43,711 nucleotides of DNA from a virus: the IMG/VR virus record IMGVR_UViG_3300045988_142367; one strand, given 5' to 3'. Below, piece by piece: positions 17,294-26,502 of this stretch. The notes beneath the pieces were generated by a model. The model did not search any database, was not told the DNA's origin, and was given only the letters and a program-made list of their open reading frames with translations. Within the stretch, counting starts at the first letter, position 1. Every line of letters begins with the position of its first letter. The translations under genes were made by a program, and so were the position numbers.

Positions 17294-17833
17294 TCAGAGT
17301 TTCTTCAGCTCCACCGGCGGGCCGACCTCAAGGTAATGATCCATCGAGGCGGTGATCATCTCGAAGATCTCCTTGGAACGCTTCCGTATCTCGTCGATGA
17401 GTTTGGCGTTGTGTGTCGCTCTCCAGTACCAGGTGCGGTTGAAGCGGTCATCGTGGGTCGATAGGCGATGCACAAAGTTATATTTCCAATGGGCGTTAAT
17501 ATTAGTGAACACCAAATCGAACCCTCCGTCTCGGTAAACGATGTAAATGTCTCCGAATATGTCCCCGACCCTGTTCCCGAACGCCACATTCCAGAACCGT
17601 CCGCGAAACTCTTTCCTATTGCGGTCGTGACAGAACCGAGAATACTCAAGACCCATGTCTGTTGATGGCCAGCCACTCAGAAAGCCATATAGATCCTTTT
17701 TATCCCTTCCGTCCATACTGTAAGTCTTCTTGAACGTAAGCGTATCCGGCTCCACGAGTTTCCTTCCGAAGCAAGTTCCGCAGCATCCGACCAGGAGCAA
17801 GACGATCGCCAAAATAACCTTTCTCATACTCAT
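17294..17833 (-). CDS. Lipoprotein (possibly a DUF4468-like TBP-fold domain); superinfection-exclusion candidate
   Basis: Signal peptide with lipobox: MSMRKVILAIVLLLVGC. The downstream pattern KKDLYGFLSGW...IYIVYRDGGFDLVFTNI loosely recalls DUF4468. Confidence 0.65.
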   Translation of the reverse strand: MSMRKVILAIVLLLVGCCGTCFGRKLVEPDTLTFKKTYSMDGRDKKDLYGFLSGWPSTDMGLEYSRFCHDRNRKEFRGRFWNVAFGNRVGDIFGDIYIVYRDGGFDLVFTNINAHWKYNFVHRLSTHDDRFNRTWYWRATHNAKLIDEIRKRSKEIFEMITASMDHYLEVGPPVELKKL

Positions 17834-17867
17834 TCAGAATTAATTGTCAGACAAGTCCTTGCAAAAA

Positions 17868-18251
17868 TCACTCCGTAACGGTGTCGTGGCGGAGGATGTC
17901 GAACTCCAGCTCCTCGTTCATGATCCTCCTCAGAGCCTCGTCCAACTGGTAGAAGGCGGTGTTCATCGTCCGAATCTCATTGTCGAACCTCCCGTCCATC
18001 AGCAACTCCTTCTTCTCGTACATCTGCTTTTCCCACTCCGAGAATCGATCTGCAATCTGGAAAAGTTCAATTCTGGTCTCGATGATGAAAGAGTCAGCCC
18101 CGATCTTGTGGCTTTCAGCGGCAGCAGCCGCGTTGTTTGAATTAGTGTATCGCATAACTAATTGTAAATAAATGTCCTCTGCTATAGGTCTGCGATACAT
18201 ACTGGAAGCCTTGCGGCTAGTACAGTCACGGCTTTCGCCAATGACGACCAT
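17868..18251 (-). CDS. Hypothetical protein, first gene after the tape measure
   Basis: 127-aa ORF; start uncertain (alternative Met codons downstream). Confidence 0.5.
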   Translation of the reverse strand: MVVIGESRDCTSRKASSMYRRPIAEDIYLQLVMRYTNSNNAAAAAESHKIGADSFIIETRIELFQIADRFSEWEKQMYEKKELLMDGRFDNEIRTMNTAFYQLDEALRRIMNEELEFDILRHDTVTE

Positions 18252-18407
18252 ACAGAGGACAAAAACTCTCTAAAAAATATGTCAGCAATCAATAACGGGA
18301 CAAAATCAGCCGCTAAAGAGTGCCATCCAATATGTATCGCACCACAAATATGCAACTTCGTTTTTCAATTTCCAAGAGTTTTGCGAATTTTTTGCGAAAA
18401 AAACGCA

Positions 18408-21400
18408 TTATCCGCCGTAAGTACCCCGACGTTTCGCCCTGTTGTACTTCTCCGTCTGCTCGATGATCCCGTTCTTCCCCAGCATCGACACATCCGCCTT
18501 GATAGGAACGGAGAGCCTTTTGTTCAGCAGCTCGATAGCCTCCAGCAACCTTTCATCTGTCGCTGACCTTGCCGAAGCGACATTCCCTCCGGACACCGAG
18601 CCGCTTCCGGTCACTGAGCCTGTCGAAGTGTTCGTAAACCCACCGCTTTCCCGACCGATAGCGGCTCCCACCGGATAAACCGCCTCGAAGTTCAGGCTCT
18701 TTAACGTCCCCGCTTTCCGCGCCTCCTCCATCGTTGCCACGAACGGCAACAAAGTCGGATTGCTCAACCCATCAGCCGGAATCACATATTCCCCGCCATT
18801 CTCACCCACAAGCACGGTAGGGGAGGAGACGAAGCCTCTCTTGTCAGGTGACAGCCGCGCCTTGAAGGCCTTTCCGTCCTGAGCCCGGCGAGTGTTCACG
18901 AAGCCGCCCTCCTCCGCACCGATCGGTTGCGCCGCGATCAATGCAGTCTGCGCCGCCCCGAAAGCGGCCACGATCGCGGCAGGGGCCGCACCGGCTGGCC
19001 AGCCCCATTGCGCCAAGGTCTTGGTGACCGACAAAGCCGTGTTGATGATGGACTGCACCAGATTGAGCGCTTTCGTCCTCTTTGCTTGTTTGATCTCCAT
19101 CTCCTCGCGCTTTGCCTCTTCCTCTGCTTCCATCTCCTCGACCCTCGCGTTGTACTGCTCCTGTGACACCAATCCGGCATCATATCTGGATTTCAGATCC
19201 TTCTTTTTCTTCTCGTTGTTCTTCTTGTACTCGTTGAATGCCTTGTTTTCCTTGGCGTTGGTAAGCTCGATCGCCTTGCTTGCCAGCTGGAAGCCCTCCT
19301 GAGCAAAACCACCAACGGCATTCAGGGCGATAGACAGGCTTTCCGCCTTGTCCTTGCCTGTCTTGAGGTTTGCGAAGAACTCGTTCCACTGATCCTGCGA
19401 GACACCAAAAAGGCTACCCTTGCCAGTGCCTGAAAACATACCGCCGTCGCTCTTTGCTTTTTTGATTGTCAATTCATCGATTTTCGCTTTTGTCTCTTCA
19501 AGTTTAAGGTTGTATTTTGTGAGATCCTCGGGTGACAATTCGATGCCGAGCGGGTTTTTCTCATCAACAAGTTTCTCCAACTCTATTTTAAGGTCTTGAA
19601 GATGCTTCAAATCCAAGTCCATAAGAGCAATGTCCCGTTCTTTCGTTAGGGTGGCCGCCTCTGCGGAATATGGCTTTTCCTTGACAAATTGTCCTGAATA
19701 TTCAGCCGTGACGGCTGCCCTCTTCTTCTTATACTCGCTTTCCGCTAAAGAAATACTCCTATCGAACGCCTCCTGCTTTATCTTCATCAAATTGTTCTGG
19801 TGCTTCTTCTCGATCGCCTCCAGCACCGCCGCCTGATTCTCGTACAGAACCTTGGTGTCCTTGAACTTCTTCAACTCGGCGGCGTACCTGGTCCCCTCCG
19901 CCGCAAGCGCCGCCTTGGTCTTGTCCGTCTCAGCCGCCGCAATGACAGCCGCACCCTCCTTGGCCAGCTCGCCAGCCTTCTTCTCGTTCTCCTGCTGCCT
20001 TTTCAGAGCGTCATCCGAATGCTTCTTGATCTTCTCCTGAAGGTCGCCCTCAATCTTCGACCGCGCCGCCCCGGAGTCCTTCCGCGTCGCCAGCCTCGCC
20101 GTCAGCGTCGCCACCTCCAGCTGATAGATCCTTTCGTCATATTCCTCCTGTGAGGAGATCTCCTTCTCGTTGTACCGCCTTGTCAGTTCCGCCTTGGCCG
20201 TCAGGAACGCCTCGTCATTGCTCAATGACCAGAGGGATTTGTTTTTTTGCGGATTTTGGAGGCTTGGTGGGTTTGATGGCGGTGTTGATCCCGACGGGGA
20301 GGAAGAGGAGGCGGCTCCGCCACCGGACGCATTCAGGTACTGGGCGGCGGCGAGGTCGAATCCTTCGAGGGCGTTCCTCGCTATGTTCAGTTTGTCGCCG
20401 CTGTAGTGCCACCAACGACTGAAGCCGCTTTGATTGTCGTAAGTCGCCTGAGCTTGGGACAATCCATTCTCGTATATTTTGCGGGCTTCTTTGATGTAGG
20501 ACTTCAAAACCTCCTCATTGCCGTGAAAATCTTCAAGTTTTCTGGCAAGATCCTCGGAAAAATCCTTATAGAAACTCTGTTTTGACCCAGATGACACCAG
20601 ATCAGAGGTTACCTCGATCAGTTTCGTCAGCCAGTCAATCACCTCTTTGATCGGACCTGTCGAATCCTTGAACGAGAGGATCAGCCCCTCCCATGCGGAC
20701 TGGAGCAGCTTGACGGAACCCTCGACCGTGTTGACCCTTTCCTCGGCTGTATTCTTCAGCACGCCGTTGACATCCTCAAGCGAATCCCTCAGAGCCAAGG
20801 CAGCGTCCGCTCCGTCAAGGAACGTGTTGAAGGCGGAGACAGACCTTTTGTCGGTCAGTTCCAACGTGGTGTTAAGGTCAACTCCCTGCGCCTTCAGCTG
20901 TCTCAGCCCGGACATCAGTTCAGGGAATGTGCTTACAGGCTTGCCTAAGGCCACCGCCAGCTTGCCGCTTGAGTCCGCGAGGTTAAGCAGGATGTTCCTT
21001 GTGGCAGTGGCCGCGGAAGAAGCGTCAAACCCGGCGTTGGCCAGTGTGCCGAGCAGGGCGACCGTGTCCCTGAGCGAGAAACCGAATGTCTTCGCCACCG
21101 GTCCGACCGTGGCCATCGCTGTCTGGTAGTAGGAGAAGCTCAGCGCGCTGTTGTTGGCTCCCTGCACCAGCACCCCGAGGGTGTCGGCGGTGTCTTTGGC
21201 GTCAAGCCCGAACATCCTCAGTGTCGCTCCCGCCATCGCCGCCGCTTCCGGGAGGGTGGTCCCGATGGCCGTGGCGAAGTGCAGGACGGACTCCTGCATC
21301 TGCATGATCTCACCCTCCTTGAAACCCAGCTTCGCGAGTTCTGTCTGGAGCAGCGTGACCTGCGAGGCGGTGTATTCAGTGGTCCGTCCAAGCTCCATCG

Positions 21401-22016
21401 CCGAATATGTCAGCGCCTCGATGTCCTTGACGTTCTTGCCGATGATGGTGGAGAGGTTGACGTTGGCCTGCTCGAAGTCCACTATCTTCTGGAACGCCCT
21501 CGCCACGCCTCTGACTGCCCCGGCGATAGCTGCGAATGCCGCCAAAGCTCCGGCCTTGACGCTTGACAATTTCTCAAGCGCACCCTTGGTCTGCCCGGAC
21601 TGTGAGGTAAGCTCTTTAAGCCTTGCCTTGGTCTGCTGGACCTCGGCATTAAGCTTCTTCCAGTTCTCCGTCCCGGGAACGGCCTTGCTAAGAGCCGTCT
21701 GCGTCAGTTTCAGATGGTTGCGGAGTTCGGCCAGCGTCTTGTTCTCAAGGGAAATGGCATCCCTGAGTTTATTGTATTTTTCCCGGCATTCCGTCAGGGT
21801 CTTCTCCTGGTCTTTCAGGGTCTTCGTCAGGTTCTGGTGTTCCTGTGAGCCGGTCTTGCCGGCTTTCTCAAGATTCTTGAGTTCAGTCCTGGTCCTTTTG
21901 GTCGAACTCTGCAAATCCTTCATCTGCCTGTCCAGCGCAAGCATCTCCTTCCTGCCGCCATCCCCGTTGACAATCAGGTTCAGCCGAAGATCCTCATCCG
22001 TAATTCTTTTAGCCAT
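18408..22016 (-). CDS. Tail tape measure protein
   Basis: 1202 aa with long coiled-coil regions. TP901-type core LGRTTEYTASQVTLLQTELAKLGF...AIGTTLPEAAAMAGATLRMFGL. Gly/Ala-rich C-terminus. Confidence 0.9.
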   Translation of the reverse strand: MAKRITDEDLRLNLIVNGDGGRKEMLALDRQMKDLQSSTKRTRTELKNLEKAGKTGSQEHQNLTKTLKDQEKTLTECREKYNKLRDAISLENKTLAELRNHLKLTQTALSKAVPGTENWKKLNAEVQQTKARLKELTSQSGQTKGALEKLSSVKAGALAAFAAIAGAVRGVARAFQKIVDFEQANVNLSTIIGKNVKDIEALTYSAMELGRTTEYTASQVTLLQTELAKLGFKEGEIMQMQESVLHFATAIGTTLPEAAAMAGATLRMFGLDAKDTADTLGVLVQGANNSALSFSYYQTAMATVGPVAKTFGFSLRDTVALLGTLANAGFDASSAATATRNILLNLADSSGKLAVALGKPVSTFPELMSGLRQLKAQGVDLNTTLELTDKRSVSAFNTFLDGADAALALRDSLEDVNGVLKNTAEERVNTVEGSVKLLQSAWEGLILSFKDSTGPIKEVIDWLTKLIEVTSDLVSSGSKQSFYKDFSEDLARKLEDFHGNEEVLKSYIKEARKIYENGLSQAQATYDNQSGFSRWWHYSGDKLNIARNALEGFDLAAAQYLNASGGGAASSSSPSGSTPPSNPPSLQNPQKNKSLWSLSNDEAFLTAKAELTRRYNEKEISSQEEYDERIYQLEVATLTARLATRKDSGAARSKIEGDLQEKIKKHSDDALKRQQENEKKAGELAKEGAAVIAAAETDKTKAALAAEGTRYAAELKKFKDTKVLYENQAAVLEAIEKKHQNNLMKIKQEAFDRSISLAESEYKKKRAAVTAEYSGQFVKEKPYSAEAATLTKERDIALMDLDLKHLQDLKIELEKLVDEKNPLGIELSPEDLTKYNLKLEETKAKIDELTIKKAKSDGGMFSGTGKGSLFGVSQDQWNEFFANLKTGKDKAESLSIALNAVGGFAQEGFQLASKAIELTNAKENKAFNEYKKNNEKKKKDLKSRYDAGLVSQEQYNARVEEMEAEEEAKREEMEIKQAKRTKALNLVQSIINTALSVTKTLAQWGWPAGAAPAAIVAAFGAAQTALIAAQPIGAEEGGFVNTRRAQDGKAFKARLSPDKRGFVSSPTVLVGENGGEYVIPADGLSNPTLLPFVATMEEARKAGTLKSLNFEAVYPVGAAIGRESGGFTNTSTGSVTGSGSVSGGNVASARSATDERLLEAIELLNKRLSVPIKADVSMLGKNGIIEQTEKYNRAKRRGTYGG

Positions 22017-22028
22017 ATAGATAATTGT

Positions 22029-22397
22029 TTATTGTTTGCCCTGATCCGCCGCCTTTATCCGGGCGACGGCATCCTCCGTGAACTCGTACATCAGCCGTTC
22101 GGCGATGGAGGCGAAAGCACCGAAGACATAGCGATTGTGGATCTTGCGGTTGCTCTTTACGGACTTGCCGCCACGCTGGAGACGCTTCATATCCAGAAAA
22201 CGCTCGTAGGCCACGTGCACGAACGTCAAAGTCCCAGAAGCACCGCTCCCACCGGTCACCGAAACACTCCTGGACGACTCCAACCGCCCGGAACGCTTCT
22301 TGACCTTGGCCTCGATGGCCTTCCCCTGATTTCTCAGAAGCCGCTGCCCCTCATCCAGAAGGACCTCACTGACAAAACGCGCCCTGACATCCATCAC
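22029..22397 (-). CDS. Hypothetical protein upstream of the tape measure (tail assembly chaperone position)
   Basis: 122-aa ORF; ATGA overlap with the upstream ORF. Confidence 0.55.
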   Translation of the reverse strand: MMDVRARFVSEVLLDEGQRLLRNQGKAIEAKVKKRSGRLESSRSVSVTGGSGASGTLTFVHVAYERFLDMKRLQRGGKSVKSNRKIHNRYVFGAFASIAERLMYEFTEDAVARIKAADQGKQ

Positions 22398-22849
22398 TCA
22401 AACGCAAGCTCGATGCTGTACCCGCTCCAACCACCGAACACACTCGACTCCGGAACCACATCCACCGAAGCCAGCGACAACCCCGTCACCAGACGACAGT
22501 TCTGACTCGAAGTCTCCTCCGTGATGTAAGCCAGAATCAAATCCGCAACCTCCAGAAGCCGTGAATACTGCTCATTCTCCGATTCCTCCGTCTTATCCAG
22601 CCCAAGCCCCTTCTCCAACACGAAGATCACCGTCCCCAACTCTTCCCGGAACGTGTCCGAATCCCCGCGCTGATGCACCTCCGGACGCGCCACGAGAACC
22701 TGCACACCCGAAAGATGCGCCAGCTTGGAAGTGGCGTCCGACTGCGCGGTCGTGCAAATCGGATCGATGTGCCCACAGCACCTGCAGGAGTGGATCTTCA
22801 ACCCCGAAAGGTACTCAGTGAGCCTTTGAAGCCTTGATAATCTGCTCAT
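22394..22849 (-). CDS. Hypothetical tail-module protein (chaperone or tail terminator position)
   Basis: ORF 22394..22969, with ATG at 22849 preferred (MSRLSRLQRLTEYL...). The longer form would overlap the upstream gene by 155 nt. Confidence 0.5.
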   Translation of the reverse strand: MSRLSRLQRLTEYLSGLKIHSCRCCGHIDPICTTAQSDATSKLAHLSGVQVLVARPEVHQRGDSDTFREELGTVIFVLEKGLGLDKTEESENEQYSRLLEVADLILAYITEETSSQNCRLVTGLSLASVDVVPESSVFGGWSGYSIELAFE

Positions 22850-23702
22850 TTCTCTTCCTTTCCTTATAGTTATGCCACATAATCGACAACACCGAGAACA
22901 ACGGCTCCTCATCCACCCGGTCGATGTTTCCAAGCGTGTTCTCCTTGGCCACCTCGACCAACAAATCATTCCACCCGAAGCTTATTCCCGAACTTTTCTC
23001 ATCCCCGGCGAACAGCTTCGACAAATCAACCTCCTCCCCGTTAATCTCCAGAACACCCGACTGAAGGTACTTCAAGCAAGCCGCGAACCACATCATCACG
23101 AGATTCTTCTGCCACCCCTTCAACCTCGACGCTCTATGAATATGCCCACGTGCATTCCGTTGGTCCACATCCGGCACCATCCGACCTGCCCTGTTGGCCT
23201 TCCGGCAACGTCTTCTGTACAGGAAAGCGATGCATTCATCCAGATCCTCCGGCTCGTGGCTCCTAAAAAACCTGTTGATTGCGGCGGATGCGTGCCTGAA
23301 CTCCCCGAAAGTCAGATCCTGAAGCAGTTCCCCTGGACCGTACAGCCTCACAAGCCCCGACCGGACCACCGGCATCGGATTCGCGACCGAATCAAACGTC
23401 AACGCCGCCGACTCCTCCGAGAACAGAAACCCCAGAAACTTCTCACACATCCGATAGACATTCTCATCCCTGACAGAAGAAGAGCCATTGAATATGTCCG
23501 TGAACCATCCCTTGACAGTCCTCCGCACCCCGAGCAGCATCCAAAGCACCCTCACATTGAATTCCAACGGAGACTTTCCGTGCTTAAGGCACCACTCGAA
23601 GATCCGGAACACCCCACGCACCTGTTTCGGAGTCATCTCACTCCACGAACCAGGCACCTGTACGACCTTGCCGGTCTCGAAAACCTCAATCGTGTTCATC
23701 AC
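22815..23702 (-). CDS. Hypothetical structural protein
   Basis: 295-aa ORF in the head-tail joining / tail region; 4-nt overlap with the upstream gene. Confidence 0.55.
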   Translation of the reverse strand: MMNTIEVFETGKVVQVPGSWSEMTPKQVRGVFRIFEWCLKHGKSPLEFNVRVLWMLLGVRRTVKGWFTDIFNGSSSVRDENVYRMCEKFLGFLFSEESAALTFDSVANPMPVVRSGLVRLYGPGELLQDLTFGEFRHASAAINRFFRSHEPEDLDECIAFLYRRRCRKANRAGRMVPDVDQRNARGHIHRASRLKGWQKNLVMMWFAACLKYLQSGVLEINGEEVDLSKLFAGDEKSSGISFGWNDLLVEVAKENTLGNIDRVDEEPLFSVLSIMWHNYKERKRNEQIIKASKAH

Positions 23703-24622
23703 TCGGTGGTAAAGAATTTGTTCCGCCTGTCATTCACAGGCAAAAGCTTAGGATCCGCCTTATCTTCGCTGATCAGAGGCGACAAATCCGTCAAAGCGTC
23801 CTTGACCTCACTTTTCAGATTGCCGACATACCAGTCAATCTCATCCATCGTGGCCACACGGTTGGACTTGTTGCCCTGATAGGTAGGGGAGAACCGCCTT
23901 GCGATCTCGATAGGAAACACCTCAAGGCTCCACCTCGTTCCGGCCACGATCACCGCGCTGAGAATGGCCGCCCTTCTGGCCAGCGAGAGCACCCTTTCGT
24001 CAGCCGAGCCGTCGGCTATGGAAGCCCACTTATCCCCCGCGAACGGTCCTATCACCGCCCTTTGCCGCTCGATCACAAGCGCCTGGAGCAGATAATAGAC
24101 GTAGTAGCTTCCGTCGACGGGATAGACAGCCTCGAACTCCTGAATATTCCTGACAATGGATTCGCCCGTCATCGTCCTCTTGGCCGAAGTCTTCCAGTTC
24201 TCGTTGCCGGAAGTCTCCAAGTAGGTGTACAAAGCGTCCAGAGCCCTGAAATACCGCTCCCTCATCGCCCTGTCATCCCTATCTATCTGCCATTCGTAAG
24301 GACTTCTCTCATTGTCATCGATCTTGACCTTCCGTCCGGTCGATTCGTGTGACACGGATGAAAGCTTGGCGTAACGCATCAACGCAAGACACGCCACCGG
24401 AAGCCTCACAGCGGCCACGAGTTCCGGCTTCTCATCCTCATCGTAAGCCTCCGCGGCCTCCTTGACCACCTCCTGACTCACAAGCCGCGCCACCTCATCG
24501 GTGGCGAACCGGATTTCCGTCTCGATCAGCCTGAAAGGAGAGGAAGCGTACCATTGGCCGGTCAGATCCTCAAGTTCCTTGGAACCGTCCCGATTTCTGT
24601 TGAACAAATCCATCATATTCAC
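23699..24622 (-). CDS. Hypothetical structural protein
   Basis: 307-aa ORF, translationally coupled to the upstream 452-aa gene. Confidence 0.55.
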   Translation of the reverse strand: MNMMDLFNRNRDGSKELEDLTGQWYASSPFRLIETEIRFATDEVARLVSQEVVKEAAEAYDEDEKPELVAAVRLPVACLALMRYAKLSSVSHESTGRKVKIDDNERSPYEWQIDRDDRAMRERYFRALDALYTYLETSGNENWKTSAKRTMTGESIVRNIQEFEAVYPVDGSYYVYYLLQALVIERQRAVIGPFAGDKWASIADGSADERVLSLARRAAILSAVIVAGTRWSLEVFPIEIARRFSPTYQGNKSNRVATMDEIDWYVGNLKSEVKDALTDLSPLISEDKADPKLLPVNDRRNKFFTTE

Positions 24623-25977
24623 TGATTTTTAACCCTTGCCGATGAAGTCAAAGCGTCCTCCGCCTCCAACTGCTTGTGGAAGAATCCAAGTTTCAGCCCC
24701 TTTCCAGGGAAATTGAACGCTATCGCCTGGTTGACCGGCTCCAGAATCGTCTGAGAGGCGATCTCCGTGTCCGAAAGCAGGAACAGCTTGAAGGCATACA
24801 ACAATTCAGATCCAGATGCCAGCTTTCCGTTCACCATCACGTTCGACAGCGACGGATGCAGCCCCATTCCGGATGTGATCGCAGATGCCGAAGCCTCCGA
24901 GATCTTCAACTGAGCCTCCACAAAGTCCTTCATCTTCTGGTCTATCGCCTCCACGGACCAAGACACACGCCCTGCGCCGCTTTCAGACGGCATATCGAGC
25001 GAATAGAAGAACTTTCCAGCGTTCTCCTTGCCGCTGAGCACATCCTGCATCTGCAACAGCAGATCCTCCGTCAACCGGCTGATCTCGTTCTCCACCTTGG
25101 TGTCACCCCAAGTCGGATGAACCATCCTAAGACGGTCACGCTTTTCCTCCCAGTACTCCTTGGGAGCCTTCACCAGATAAGCAAGGTTGATTCCGTTGTC
25201 CGTCACGTACTTGAATATGGTCGGAATCTCCGAACCCTTGACAATCCAGCGCAACGCTCCCCAATACTGAGGCACAGCATAGAAATCCCTTGCGAATGAA
25301 TATGTGTGGTTGTACGATGCCGACGCTCCGAACCGTCCTGGATTCTTCCTGTCATAGACCGGATAGACCCTTACGCCCGTCCCCACGCAGGAATGCTCGA
25401 AATCCCCGACAACAATGTGTTTCACGTCCTTGATCTCCCTGCTGTCCGTCCACTCCAGCCTTGCGTTCTTTGAAGGAATATGCTCAAGATAGGCTATCTT
25501 TGGCTTCCTGCCTATTCTCCGGCCTTTCTCCAGATACTTGGCATCGAAGAACCCTTTCAGATGCAGGTAATCGGTCATACACCCCTTGATGTAGCTAATA
25601 TAGTCCCAGCTGTCCAGCCACGCCTGGATCTCCCTGTCCTCCTCCCAGTTATGCACGATGTTTCCTTCCTGGTAAGCCAACCGGTTCAGGAACACGCCCT
25701 GCCCGTAGAGAAGCCCCATCTGCCTTTCAAGGATTCCCGGACCAAGATTGTTTTCGTCCAGGATGTCCCTTAGGTGCACCGGCAGATTGTTGTCGTGGCC
25801 GAACGGCACGATCTTCTGTCCGCAAATCGTCTGGGGCAACTGTTCCCAGTTCCTCTGTTGCGCCATCCAAAACACGGAGTCCAGACTGCTGTCCCTCCTG
25901 TTGGAAAGCGCGAAAGCCCGGCCATCGTTCAGCCGCAGAACGGATGTGTGGTCGGATATTTTTTCGATTCTGCTCAT
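24619..25977 (-). CDS. Putative portal protein (assigned by position and size only)
   Basis: 452-aa ORF two genes downstream of terL; no motif verified. Confidence 0.45.
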   Translation of the reverse strand: MSRIEKISDHTSVLRLNDGRAFALSNRRDSSLDSVFWMAQQRNWEQLPQTICGQKIVPFGHDNNLPVHLRDILDENNLGPGILERQMGLLYGQGVFLNRLAYQEGNIVHNWEEDREIQAWLDSWDYISYIKGCMTDYLHLKGFFDAKYLEKGRRIGRKPKIAYLEHIPSKNARLEWTDSREIKDVKHIVVGDFEHSCVGTGVRVYPVYDRKNPGRFGASASYNHTYSFARDFYAVPQYWGALRWIVKGSEIPTIFKYVTDNGINLAYLVKAPKEYWEEKRDRLRMVHPTWGDTKVENEISRLTEDLLLQMQDVLSGKENAGKFFYSLDMPSESGAGRVSWSVEAIDQKMKDFVEAQLKISEASASAITSGMGLHPSLSNVMVNGKLASGSELLYAFKLFLLSDTEIASQTILEPVNQAIAFNFPGKGLKLGFFHKQLEAEDALTSSARVKNQ

Positions 25978-26246
25978 ACGAGTATCAGTTTTTGTCCGTT
26001 GAATGTCATCAGAAGCGGTTGGTAGAAACGCCTCGGCTCTCCGGTCTCCAGATCCGTGTAGCCCTCGATGATGTCAGCGTTCTTGTTGTGCTCCTTGGTT
26101 TCCCTATGTCTCAGCACCCCGCGCCGGACATAGACGATCCCGTCGCTTGTGCCTTTTGTGGGGTTATAGCTCATAAACGAGAAGCTGAAGCTCCTGTCTT
26201 CCTCTGACAGTCGCCTCATCTCCGTCAATGCTTCATATACGTTCAT
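25974..26246 (-). CDS. Hypothetical small protein
   Basis: 90-aa ORF. A TAACTTTG box on the minus strand (plus coordinates 26251-26258) lies just upstream of its ATG. Confidence 0.5.
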   Translation of the reverse strand: MNVYEALTEMRRLSEEDRSFSFSFMSYNPTKGTSDGIVYVRRGVLRHRETKEHNKNADIIEGYTDLETGEPRRFYQPLLMTFNGQKLILV

Positions 26247-26451
26247 ATCACAAAGTTAGCCACCTCCCAAGACGATAAAAAGGACACCACACCCAACCCG
26301 GAAACTACAGCCCAAGGCTCGGCTATTTCAGCCAAACGGGCTTGTTTTGTGAATATATTCCCGTCAAAATCAAGTGGTTCAAAGCCTTGCACCCCGCCGC
26401 GGCAAAAACGCACTTTTTAGGACGCAAAAGAGCCCGGGCCGCGCAACGGAA

Positions 26452-26469
26452 GAATCGCAATTGCGATTC
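26452..26469. repeat. 18-bp perfect palindrome GAATCGCAATTGCGATTC in the terL-downstream gap
   Basis: Self-complementary by direct reading. The flanking GGAA/CTTCC extend the stem. Confidence 0.9.
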
Positions 26470-26502
26470 CTTCCCGAGGGTGATATATGGCGCACGCCCC
26501 GC

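Noticed and set aside
22850-22969. 40-codon N-terminal extension of ORF 22394..22969.
   Set aside because: It would overlap the upstream 295-aa gene by 155 nt, and the extension is Cys/Arg/Trp-rich junk. The ATG at 22849 gives a normal short overlap.
22872-23879. Long plus-strand ORFs antisense to minus-strand genes: 22872..23879 (335 aa), 29563..30738 (391 aa), 32661..33569 (302 aa), 27520..28344 (274 aa), 21151..22020 (289 aa), 38888..39664 (258 aa), 33647..34378 and 13822..14520.
   Set aside because: All lie fully inside well-supported minus-strand genes (terminase, capsid, protease, tape measure, primase). Their Arg/Pro/His/Leu-rich, low-complexity compositions are typical of shadow ORFs in GC-rich coding DNA.
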